Below, one piece after another: positions 49,141 through 57,823 of a DNA stretch of 64,000 nt. How positions within the stretch are numbered: the first letter of the stretch is position 1; each line of letters starts with the position of its first letter. Made by a program: the position numbers and the translations under genes. Below the pieces are notes generated by a model. That model was given only the letters and a program-made list of their open reading frames with translations, did no database searches and was not told the DNA's origin. The stretch is from an uncultured cyanobacterium (lineage in GTDB: Bacteria; Cyanobacteriota; Cyanobacteriia; PCC-9006; JAAUQQ01), in the NCBI GenBank assembly GCA_963718615.1, contig OY970368.1, positions 3,520,001-3,584,000 of the forward strand, read 5' to 3'.

Positions 49141-49971
49141 GTGTATTTTTTAATGCATAACTTTGTGGTTTCTTTCCTGGCGATCGCCCTCAGCCTTTCT
49201 GCTCTTTCGAACCTCTATGAGAAGCAAGCCTGGTCACAACTGGAAGTCAAAACGGCTCGAGTTAATGGGGGATTTACGGAGTCAAATCAGCAAGAAATCT
49301 TACCCAATCCTTCCTCGTCTCTCCAGTCTATTGGAACCCTTATTGGGGGCGATCGCCCAGATTTACCGCTAGAAGCCCGGTCTTACAGCGGGACAGAATT
49401 AGAATATTTCATGAAGATTGCTCTGGGGAGCGAATATGGCGACGCTGGCGGACGGATTCACAAGTGGGATGCGGCTCAAGGGGTGCGGATTTGGGTGACC
49501 GGTATGCCCACGGAGCGCGATCGCCAAACCCTGACAGCGGTGATGACCGAATTACAGGCCATCACGGGCATGGCGATCGCCCTAGCCGACCGTCCTGACT
49601 CTAGCAATATCACGCTGCACTTTGGACCGGATGGAGAGTTCTCCCAGGTCCTGTCAACCTATGTTCCGGGCAACAAGGGCTTTTTCTGGACGTGGTGGGA
49701 CCAAGACCGCATTACCCGCGCCACGATTTTGATCTCGACGGAAGGCATTACCCAAGGTGAGCGATCGCACCTCATCCGGGAGGAGCTCACCCAGTCCCTC
49801 GGCCTGATGCAGGATACCTGGGACGATGCCAACAGTATTTTTTATCAAGGCTGGACGGCCACGGAGCAGTTTTCAACGCTGGATCGGGCGGTGATTCAGT
49901 TGCTCTATGACCCGGCGATCGCTCCAGGAATGACGGCGGAACAAGTGCGCCAAAGTCTAGAGCTTCGGTAA
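49141..49971 (+). CDS. DUF2927 (zincin-like) protein
   Basis: IALGSEYG, IHKW, HLIREELTQSLGLMQD, SIFYQ, LLYDP.I.PGMT. Confidence 0.8.
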   Translation: MYFLMHNFVVSFLAIALSLSALSNLYEKQAWSQLEVKTARVNGGFTESNQQEILPNPSSSLQSIGTLIGGDRPDLPLEARSYSGTELEYFMKIALGSEYGDAGGRIHKWDAAQGVRIWVTGMPTERDRQTLTAVMTELQAITGMAIALADRPDSSNITLHFGPDGEFSQVLSTYVPGNKGFFWTWWDQDRITRATILISTEGITQGERSHLIREELTQSLGLMQDTWDDANSIFYQGWTATEQFSTLDRAVIQLLYDPAIAPGMTAEQVRQSLELR

Positions 49972-52257
49972 AAGTTGTGGCAGCAAGCTACCAGGCACTT
50001 GGGAAAGCGCCCGATTTTGGCCCTGGCTGCCCCAGATCTCGTAATACTTGCGCACGGTCTGCGTCAAAATTTCCATGGCCGCCTCGCGCAACTCCGGTTT
50101 ATCTTTCCAGCCTTCCATCGCCTGGGTTTGGTGGATCAGGGCATCGTCCAAATGCTCCTCTTGGCGATCGCGGTCTAGGGTTTCGCCATAGTCGGTCGCC
50201 AGTTGATAGTGAACCAGGCCCAGATTGCTATGGGTTGAGTTGAGGTCAAAGCTGAGGGATTGAGCAGCCCCCTGGTCTTGCAGGAATTTCACCGCCTTGA
50301 GTGCCGCATCATAGGCGCGAATGCTGAGCTGCAAATACTCCTGGGCGGCGGCTTCGTTGCCCTGGCATTGGTTGGCCAATTGCCAATAAGCCGTCCCGAG
50401 ATTGTTTTGGGTGGCGGCATAGCTGCTGGGGGCCACCTCCAACGTCCGAAATCGCAGGGCGTTGTTGTAGGCATTCACTGCCAAGAGCAGCCAATCCTGG
50501 GCCATAAAGCCAGCGGAGCCGTTGGTATCTTGGGTGTCGATGGCGGGAGCATGCTGGGCCAGATTCCAGTACGCCGTGCCCAAATTATTTTGGATCATGG
50601 CGTAGCTGTCGGGTTGCTCATCGGGATTGTAGTATTGGGCCGCTTGGGAATAGGCGGCGATCGCACATTTCAAATGCTCCGCCGGTGTTTCATGTTGGGC
50701 CAAGTGCCAATAGGCCGTTCCCAGATTATTTTGCGTGGAGGCATACTTTTGGGGCGACTGATCCGGCTGTCGGAAGCGCAGGGCTTCTTTATAGGCTTCA
50801 ACCGCCTGCTGCAGATTTTCGATGGGATCCTGCTGATGGGCTTGGTCACTATGGACCGTGCCCAAATTATTTTGCAGCATCGCGTAGGAGCGAGACTGGG
50901 TTTCCGGATTGGTATTTTTCAAACCCAAGCGGTAGGTTTGAATGGCCAGACGCAGATAGGACTGGCCCATTTCCGCTGACTCCGGTTGGCGAGAGGCCAT
51001 CCAGTAAAGCGTGCCCAAGTCGTTGAGGGTGTCAGGCCAAGAAATTCGGCTATTGTCCGCGCTAGGATCGTTGAAACACAACCATTCGAGAACTTGCTCA
51101 TAGGCCACGATCGCATAACGGATAAAGTCCTGGGACGTATCCCCCTTCTCCATGCGGTGGCGATAGAACCGGCCTAGCTCTAAATAGGCCAAGGCCAACG
51201 CTTCCGAGGTATTGCCCTGGGTGCGCAGATCTTCGATCGCGGCGAGAAGCTGGGCTTCCTGCTGATCCGCAGCGGCCACGAAACTATCCTGAGACTGTCC
51301 TGCCGTTGTGGGCTGTGCCGCTTTCTCCTGGGGAGGCTGTGCCGTTTGTGCAGCGGCTGGTGCAGCGGCTGGTTCAGCAGTTGGCGCGAGAGCAGCATCG
51401 GACCGGGGAGCCGGGGTTACGGGGGCTAATGGGGTTAAGGCTTGGCTTGTGGGGACCGGAGGCGTCTCCGACGCATGCTGACCGTGGAGCAGGACGAGGT
51501 TTTGCGGGGCTTTTTCTACCGGTTCGACTGGGGCAACCAGCGGGCCTCCCGTCTCAATGCCGCTGTGCTGGGGCACATCCTCGTTGGCAAACAGGGGTAG
51601 GGGTTCACTGACAAATTCAAACACACCGCTGCACCACTGCCAGCATTCCGGCGCAGACTGACGAATATTGTGATACCAGGGGTGGGTCACCCAGAGGACC
51701 AGTGAAGAGTTGAGCGCAGGCAGGTGACGCTCGATGGTGCGCAGATAGCTCAGGAACAGCCGCTGGACTGCCGCTGGTTGACGGGTGAGTTGCTCAATGC
51801 CGAGAATTTGGAAACCTGGCATGGAGAGATCAAAGGAGGGAGTGTGACGCGATCGCCCCTCCGTTGCCACCTGTTTGCGTAACCAATGGGACACCTGCGC
51901 CATCGGATTGGGATCGGCCAAATCCAGCTTGAGGCTCACCAGCAGATCGCGGGTCTCCAGGGCTCCATCAGCCCCAGTTCTGGGGGCCTGAACGCCATAC
52001 CCATTACCCGCATGCCCATTGCCTGCATGCCCGTTGCCTGCATGTCCATTCCCTGTATGGCCATGCTCCTCTGCGGTGGGCATCATTCCCCGCGCAAGTT
52101 CCCGGTGAAGCTGTCCGGCTAGCCGATTGCGCAAATTCAGATCATCACAGACCGCAATGAACAACTGACGCCGCAAATCAAGACTCAGCGAGGTTTTTAA
52201 GCGCTGATAGACTTGCTGATTATAGGGAGATGCTAACTGGGCGGCAGAGTCGCTCAT
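49957..52257 (-). CDS. TPR repeat protein with N-terminal inactive STAND-like region
   Basis: Repeated YA..QNNLGTAYW TPRs; N-terminal RRQLFIAVCDD...FQILGIEQL. Likely start ATG 52257; 15-bp repeats encode GNGHA. Confidence 0.8.
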   Translation of the reverse strand: MSDSAAQLASPYNQQVYQRLKTSLSLDLRRQLFIAVCDDLNLRNRLAGQLHRELARGMMPTAEEHGHTGNGHAGNGHAGNGHAGNGYGVQAPRTGADGALETRDLLVSLKLDLADPNPMAQVSHWLRKQVATEGRSRHTPSFDLSMPGFQILGIEQLTRQPAAVQRLFLSYLRTIERHLPALNSSLVLWVTHPWYHNIRQSAPECWQWCSGVFEFVSEPLPLFANEDVPQHSGIETGGPLVAPVEPVEKAPQNLVLLHGQHASETPPVPTSQALTPLAPVTPAPRSDAALAPTAEPAAAPAAAQTAQPPQEKAAQPTTAGQSQDSFVAAADQQEAQLLAAIEDLRTQGNTSEALALAYLELGRFYRHRMEKGDTSQDFIRYAIVAYEQVLEWLCFNDPSADNSRISWPDTLNDLGTLYWMASRQPESAEMGQSYLRLAIQTYRLGLKNTNPETQSRSYAMLQNNLGTVHSDQAHQQDPIENLQQAVEAYKEALRFRQPDQSPQKYASTQNNLGTAYWHLAQHETPAEHLKCAIAAYSQAAQYYNPDEQPDSYAMIQNNLGTAYWNLAQHAPAIDTQDTNGSAGFMAQDWLLLAVNAYNNALRFRTLEVAPSSYAATQNNLGTAYWQLANQCQGNEAAAQEYLQLSIRAYDAALKAVKFLQDQGAAQSLSFDLNSTHSNLGLVHYQLATDYGETLDRDRQEEHLDDALIHQTQAMEGWKDKPELREAAMEILTQTVRKYYEIWGSQGQNRALSQVPGSLLPQLLPKL

Positions 52258-52681
52258 GGGAAGACCATCGAGATGACGACGGCTAGAGGATGGAAGTTCG
52301 AGAAGGGTGGCCACGGGTATATATAGTTTCTGGGGAGAATCTAAACCTGTGAAGGTGGCGGACAACCCTATCCTCCTTCACGTCAGACCCCCTTGGCAGG
52401 AGCAATGGACTCCTGAGCCACTTGACTGATCGGGCTTGATAAATCGAATTTGAAAAATCGAGTTTAACAAGCCGGGCTGCTGAGACGATAAATCCAGCAT
52501 AGGGTTATTTTCGTAACTAAATTTTAGTCACTAACCTTACGTGAATCTAGCGCTCATCCTTGGGAATCGTGAGGTGATTACTTCTTCAGCGGTAATATCC
52601 TGCTTTCAGGATGGACAGCGTAGAAAGTGACTGGATACAGCAAGGCTTTTCTGTATCAGCCGATACGGTTGCGTGGCGAGT

Positions 52682-53362
52682 CTAGAGAGAGTTGTCTGGG
52701 AAAGCAGCAGCAGGATTGGGGCAAGGGCCTTGGAAAGTGCTTTGAAAGGCAAGCAGGAGGCGATCGCGATCCCATCGATCGACAGGTTCTGCGAGGGGTT
52801 CTAATTCGCCCAGGATGGAAACTTGTCCGTAGGTGGCGATCGCGTCTCGATTACCAGGATTGCGAGGACCGTTAAGCACGACCCCCAGGATCGGAATCCC
52901 GGCACAGCGCAGTTGCGCCAGGGAGAGCAAGGTGTGATTAATCGTGCCCAGGGTACTGCGGGCGACGAGGAGAACGGGAAGATCGAGGGTTTTGATCAGA
53001 TCAATGATGTAGTCTTGGGCATTAATCGGGACCATTAGCCCCCCGGCTCCCTCGACGATGAGGTGGGGTTTGTCTGACGCAGGACGCTGGAAATCGCTGA
53101 GCTGAAGGGAGAGGCCATCGATCGCCGCCGCCGCATGGGGGGACAGGGGCTGACTCAGCCGATAGCGTTCGGGGAGAAAATGGCTGGCATCGAGGCCGGT
53201 GATTTGGCGGACAAACTCGGTATCGGTGGGGGGGGTGAGGCCCGATTGGATGGGTTTCCAGTAGGCGGCCCCTAGGCCCAGGGTTAACAGGGCTGAGACG
53301 ACCGTTTTGCCCACGTCGGTGTCGGTGCCGGTGACAAAAAAGGCGGGAGGAAAGGTAAACAT
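52682..53362 (-). CDS. bioD: Dethiobiotin synthase
   Basis: VTGTDTDVGKT, YWKPIQSG, VEGAGGLMVP, LGTINHTLL. Confidence 0.96.
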   Translation of the reverse strand: MFTFPPAFFVTGTDTDVGKTVVSALLTLGLGAAYWKPIQSGLTPPTDTEFVRQITGLDASHFLPERYRLSQPLSPHAAAAIDGLSLQLSDFQRPASDKPHLIVEGAGGLMVPINAQDYIIDLIKTLDLPVLLVARSTLGTINHTLLSLAQLRCAGIPILGVVLNGPRNPGNRDAIATYGQVSILGELEPLAEPVDRWDRDRLLLAFQSTFQGPCPNPAAAFPDNSL

Positions 53363-53421
53363 GGCAAGGGTGCAACTCCTGAACGGTTGGCGCTTTATTT
53401 TGAATGGCTACCTTTGGATGG

Positions 53422-54258
53422 CTACCTTTGGATGGCGAGCAACACCGCATGATAATCCACCTCGATCTGGCCAGGACTTTGCTGATCCCAGGTGCGAATT
53501 AACTGACGCAGTTGGCGAGGAGAGAGACGGTTGGAGGGAACGGTTGCGGTGACGGGGGTGGCTGCGCCGATCGCCTTAAAATGCTGGAGGAAGGCGATCG
53601 CACTCGGATACACCAACGGCAAAAAATGCTGCTCAAACATAAAGTCCTGGGCCTGTCCCCACAGGGCTGCAATCATCGGCGTTGGGTTGGGTAAAGGATT
53701 GGCAGGATAGGGCAACGCCAACTGCTCGCACTGCTGCCGCCACTGGCGAAAACTATGGCAGCTAGGAAACGACAAGAGCAGCCAACCACCGGGCTGAAGT
53801 GATTGCAGTAACTTCACTACACTCCCCTGAGGATCCTGAAACCACTGCACCGCAAAGTTGCTAGCAATGAGTGCATAGGGGCCGGCCTTGGGCGGTATCG
53901 CTTCACCATCTAATAAATAGAACTTTGCTTTAGCCGGACCCAGCGTCGAGCCAAGCATTGAGCCAAGCCGGACCTGGCAACGACCCAACATTGCCTCCGA
54001 CACATCCGTAATTTCCAGAGGATGCCAACGGCCAAAGCGTTCCCACAGGCCCTGGCTCAAAAACCCTGTACCGCAGCCCAACTCCAGCACCGGCCCCGGC
54101 GGTAACTCCCCAATTTGGTCATCCAAGATTCGTAGAAGCATCCGCGCGCAGCGGGCTTGAACCCTTGCTTGGTCGTCGTAGGTGGTGTGCGATCGCCCAA
54201 ACGCAGCAGCAATCTGGGCTTTAATCTGGGCTTTGTCGAAAGCAGGTTCAGACATCAA
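53422..54258 (-). CDS. bioC: Malonyl-ACP O-methyltransferase
   Basis: AAFGR...YD..A.VQ, LELGCGTG, SNFAVQW, FKAIGA; lies between an esterase gene and bioD. Confidence 0.85.
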   Translation of the reverse strand: MMSEPAFDKAQIKAQIAAAFGRSHTTYDDQARVQARCARMLLRILDDQIGELPPGPVLELGCGTGFLSQGLWERFGRWHPLEITDVSEAMLGRCQVRLGSMLGSTLGPAKAKFYLLDGEAIPPKAGPYALIASNFAVQWFQDPQGSVVKLLQSLQPGGWLLLSFPSCHSFRQWRQQCEQLALPYPANPLPNPTPMIAALWGQAQDFMFEQHFLPLVYPSAIAFLQHFKAIGAATPVTATVPSNRLSPRQLRQLIRTWDQQSPGQIEVDYHAVLLAIQR

Positions 54259-54281
54259 TCAGACATCAATGAGAATACAAC

Positions 54282-55052
54282 TCAAACTATCCCGGACTGT
54301 TCATTGTCCCTGGAAAGATCACCCTCGGAAAGAGGCTCCGGGAGAAGCTGCGATCGCAACCTTGTCCAGCAATCCTCAAACTGGCTCACGGGTAGACTAT
54401 GGGGACCTTCTAGCCAATGGCATTCGGCATTGTTAAACAGGGCTTGCGCTAATTCGCTGGCGCGTTCCGGTGCGACAATTTGATCCTGTTGGCCTTGCAG
54501 CACTAGGATTTTGGGCCGACGAGCGAGAAATTCGATACAAAGGGTGGAATGGTCGAGATCCTGAAGATCGTTGAGAAGGAGCGGGAGATTGCACAGAACA
54601 TTAACTGAATCTGGGGCGATCGCAGCTTGCTCCAACCCACAGTTTTGTACCCCATAGCTCTGCAATCCACAGTTCTGCCAAAAGGCTTGGAGCACAACCT
54701 TGGGTTGTAATTGAAACTGCTCGATCATCTGTTGGAGAACCCGTTGCGATCGCCGTTTTGCCCGACGGTCCACCGGATGAAAATTAACAAAGCTTGCAAA
54801 CACAACGATTAGATCCGCAATGCGCAACTGCTGGGGGGGGCACAAATGCAAACCGTAGGAATGGGCAAAGATAATTTTGCGACTGTAGGGGTCCGTAAAA
54901 CTAGGCCGCACGGGTGATCCAAAATAGCCCCGATCAAAGCCATAAAACGGAATACCATGCTTAGCCAAACGAGCTTGCCAGGGTTGCCAGAATTGGCGAT
55001 CGAACCCCCAGCCGTGGTAGGCGATCATCTCAGCTGATGGGGATTGAATCAT
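54282..55052 (-). CDS. Pimeloyl-ACP methyl ester esterase, BioH/BioK-like
   Basis: IAYHGWG, AHSYG nucleophile, GQQDQIV, GPHSLP; first gene of the bioC-bioD run. Confidence 0.75.
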   Translation of the reverse strand: MIQSPSAEMIAYHGWGFDRQFWQPWQARLAKHGIPFYGFDRGYFGSPVRPSFTDPYSRKIIFAHSYGLHLCPPQQLRIADLIVVFASFVNFHPVDRRAKRRSQRVLQQMIEQFQLQPKVVLQAFWQNCGLQSYGVQNCGLEQAAIAPDSVNVLCNLPLLLNDLQDLDHSTLCIEFLARRPKILVLQGQQDQIVAPERASELAQALFNNAECHWLEGPHSLPVSQFEDCWTRLRSQLLPEPLSEGDLSRDNEQSGIV

Positions 55053-55117
55053 GCACTCACCCGGAGGGAATCGAGACCGGTACTAGAGATAGATCCTAGC
55101 AGACCCGCTTGCTCCCT

Positions 55118-55933
55118 CTAGAGGCCAGGGATCCGGCACAACAGATCGCGACTCACTAACCTCTCAAACTGGGCACGCATGGCTTTGGCTGAGAGGGTAT
55201 CTGAGAGTAAAACCCCTGCTTCAATATTGCGCTGATGGGCCGCCTCGGTGAAGTTGGCAGAAGTGACAAATAGCTTTTCATCATCCACCACGACGCACTT
55301 GGCATGGAGGCAGGCGCGAGGCCCAATCGCCGTTGAAAGCGACTGGGGGTCGTAGAACACCTCCGGTAGGCGATCGCCGGGCCAAATCTCATTGCGGAAG
55401 CTTTCAGAAAATTTGCGCAGCAATGCCGCATCTGAGGTTTTGCGATCGCCATAGGGCCGCTTGATGTTCATAAAAATCCGAACCTTCAGCTCAGGAATGG
55501 TCACCATACGCTCAGCTAGGGGCTGGAATAGCGCTTTGGCTTTCTTGCCTGTGTCCAGGGCGTAGCTAGAAATTAAGACGCTCTTTTGGGCGCTGTGGAA
55601 TAGCTCCTGCACCACGACTCGCGTGTCGCGGCTTTCAGTTCCGAGGACTTCTTCGCCGGTCCAGACGAGGTCGATTCCGTTGCGTTGTTCCTGGGCTTGC
55701 TTTCGCGCTTGGGCCAGCAGATTGAGCAGGTAGGCCAGATGCACAGCTTTCATGCCGTCGCCGCTGAGCTGGTTTAGCTCGGTGGCGATCGCCGTCATGA
55801 GCGAGGTGGGCACCACATTGGTCAAGCTGCTGGGTTGGCAGGGGAGCGGGATACGCCCCTGGGCGATCGCATCTGCCAGGCCTTCCAAACCAGGCCGACT
55901 TAATTGGTGAAAGGCCGAAGTCGTCTTCACCAT
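55118..55933 (-). CDS. drmC: DISARM phospholipase D-like protein
   Basis: LVWTG, single HAKCVVVD HKD motif, TSANFTEAA..RNIEAG; follows drmB. Confidence 0.9.
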   Translation of the reverse strand: MVKTTSAFHQLSRPGLEGLADAIAQGRIPLPCQPSSLTNVVPTSLMTAIATELNQLSGDGMKAVHLAYLLNLLAQARKQAQEQRNGIDLVWTGEEVLGTESRDTRVVVQELFHSAQKSVLISSYALDTGKKAKALFQPLAERMVTIPELKVRIFMNIKRPYGDRKTSDAALLRKFSESFRNEIWPGDRLPEVFYDPQSLSTAIGPRACLHAKCVVVDDEKLFVTSANFTEAAHQRNIEAGVLLSDTLSAKAMRAQFERLVSRDLLCRIPGL

Positions 55934-55936
55934 GGC

Positions 55937-57823
55937 CTACAGGGAGGATGGGAAGAATGCCGCCGCACCATTGTTTTCAACGGTCTCGACGACTAAGGCC
56001 CGATCCAGAAACTCATTGCCCTGCTCGCAAGAGGTCTCGGAGATGAGCAGGCAACCATGGCAAGCTGCGCCGTGGCGGAAGCGTTCCTCGTAGGGTTCGT
56101 AGGGCTTGTGCTGGGCACAAACGGGATCGTTGGAGCAGAGGCGACCGGAGTCGATGGCCTTGGCGATGTGCTGCTCAATTTTTCGCCTGACCTGAATCAG
56201 GCCGCCCAGGGTTCCTTCGGAACCGGAGGAGCCGGTGTAGAGCAAAATCCCATAACCCGAGGGTCCAGCATAGACTCGCTCTCGAATGGCGCTGGCCGAA
56301 TAGCCGCATTCCAATGAAATCGATGTGATCAGCAAATGGGACAGGCTATGAAGCATGATGTAGGGCAGTCCTGGAAACTTAAACGGCTGCTCCTGGGTGG
56401 CATTATCGGTTTTGATCTCCCGACGCTGGAGCCATTGGTCAAATCCCTGCTGAAGTTCATCACCGCGTTTCTTAACCGCATCGCGCTGGAGCCAGGTGGC
56501 GATCGCTTCAGGCTTAAAGGCGATAAAAATACCTTCTCCCTTGGTCTCAATGGCCGGAAACCAGTCGGTTTCTAAGCCCAAAGCGGCGGGCGCAACGTCG
56601 AGCTGCAACTCACCGTCAATATCTGAGAAGGGTGCTTCAAAGCGGGTGAAACTGACCTGGGCTCGCACTTCCCGCAGGCGATGGACCAGAACAATTCGGT
56701 CTACGGAGGCCCTGAGGGAGTCGGGCAGGTTATCCAGGCTGCGGTTGCGAGCGTAGAAATCCTTGTCGGGCAGGTCTTCACCCATCTCATCGGGCTGGGA
56801 TAGCAGCGTCTCGATCTCGACCTGTTTAATTTTTTTCGACTCTGGCTTCGCGCCACTTTTACGCTGTGTCACCTCGGCCCAAACCTGGTCATTGGAGAAC
56901 TCCCCCAGGGCTTCAGAGACGCGCTGCTTTTTGCGCTCACGGGCGATGTCATCAGCATCCTCGGCATATTGCAAAAAGTCCTCGTACACCAGATTCACCG
57001 CCTCTTTAATGGCGGCATCACTGCTGGGCAGGGAAATGACGGTGGAGGTTTGGGCAAAGTAGGCGTTACTGGCGGAGCGCACTAGAAGCTTGTTGTAGAC
57101 GCGACGGTTATCTTCGTCAATGCCGCATTCCTCGCGAGCATGGGGGCCGAGCCAAGGGCGATTTCCCTGACAAATGCCCAGCTCCTTTGATTTTGGTAGC
57201 GTCGCATCCGAAAGCGGACGCCGCTTCTCACAGGATTCACAGCGCACAAAGATGTCGGCAAAATCATTACCCGTGCCGCCCTCATCGAGCCAAAGCTCAC
57301 CAACACAACTCTCGCCTCTATGAACAAAGTAGCGCCAGTTAATATCGCTGATATGGCCATGGACGCAGGCTTGGACGAAGCGCACGGGAACCACAGAACG
57401 CTTCTTTTTATCCTTGTCAAAATACTTGCCACCATGGGGGGCAAGCTTCTTCCAGGGGAGCAGGGGGCGAGTGCGGTAGCGTTTCCCGCTGGGAGCCAGG
57501 AATTCTTCATCCACCTGGGCCACAAACCAGCCTGGAAACATGAAGCTTTGGATGCCGGTTCTTGGCCCGATGGGATCTTGGGAGCTGGCGGGGGGCTCGC
57601 GTAGGGAGATATTGGGCTGGCCGAATTTCTGCTGGAGGTACTGCTCCAAGCGAGGCTCATAGATACGAGGAATCTCGGTTTTGCCATAGTTCCAATGGTT
57701 GAGGCCGCCCATGAGGATGGAGGTTTCGGGCAGATCGACCATGGAACCGGGGCCAAAGCTGGACAGGATCTGGCTTTGGCGAATTTCACCCGCAGGGGGC
57801 TTCTTACCTTTGTTTTGACTCAT
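55937..57823 (-). CDS. drmB: DISARM DUF1998 protein
   Basis: R.SQ....FGPGS, RFVQACVHGH, HSLSHLLI, CSNDPVC, ACHGCLLISETSCE; ATGA overlap with drmA. Confidence 0.92.
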   Translation of the reverse strand: MSQNKGKKPPAGEIRQSQILSSFGPGSMVDLPETSILMGGLNHWNYGKTEIPRIYEPRLEQYLQQKFGQPNISLREPPASSQDPIGPRTGIQSFMFPGWFVAQVDEEFLAPSGKRYRTRPLLPWKKLAPHGGKYFDKDKKKRSVVPVRFVQACVHGHISDINWRYFVHRGESCVGELWLDEGGTGNDFADIFVRCESCEKRRPLSDATLPKSKELGICQGNRPWLGPHAREECGIDEDNRRVYNKLLVRSASNAYFAQTSTVISLPSSDAAIKEAVNLVYEDFLQYAEDADDIARERKKQRVSEALGEFSNDQVWAEVTQRKSGAKPESKKIKQVEIETLLSQPDEMGEDLPDKDFYARNRSLDNLPDSLRASVDRIVLVHRLREVRAQVSFTRFEAPFSDIDGELQLDVAPAALGLETDWFPAIETKGEGIFIAFKPEAIATWLQRDAVKKRGDELQQGFDQWLQRREIKTDNATQEQPFKFPGLPYIMLHSLSHLLITSISLECGYSASAIRERVYAGPSGYGILLYTGSSGSEGTLGGLIQVRRKIEQHIAKAIDSGRLCSNDPVCAQHKPYEPYEERFRHGAACHGCLLISETSCEQGNEFLDRALVVETVENNGAAAFFPSSL

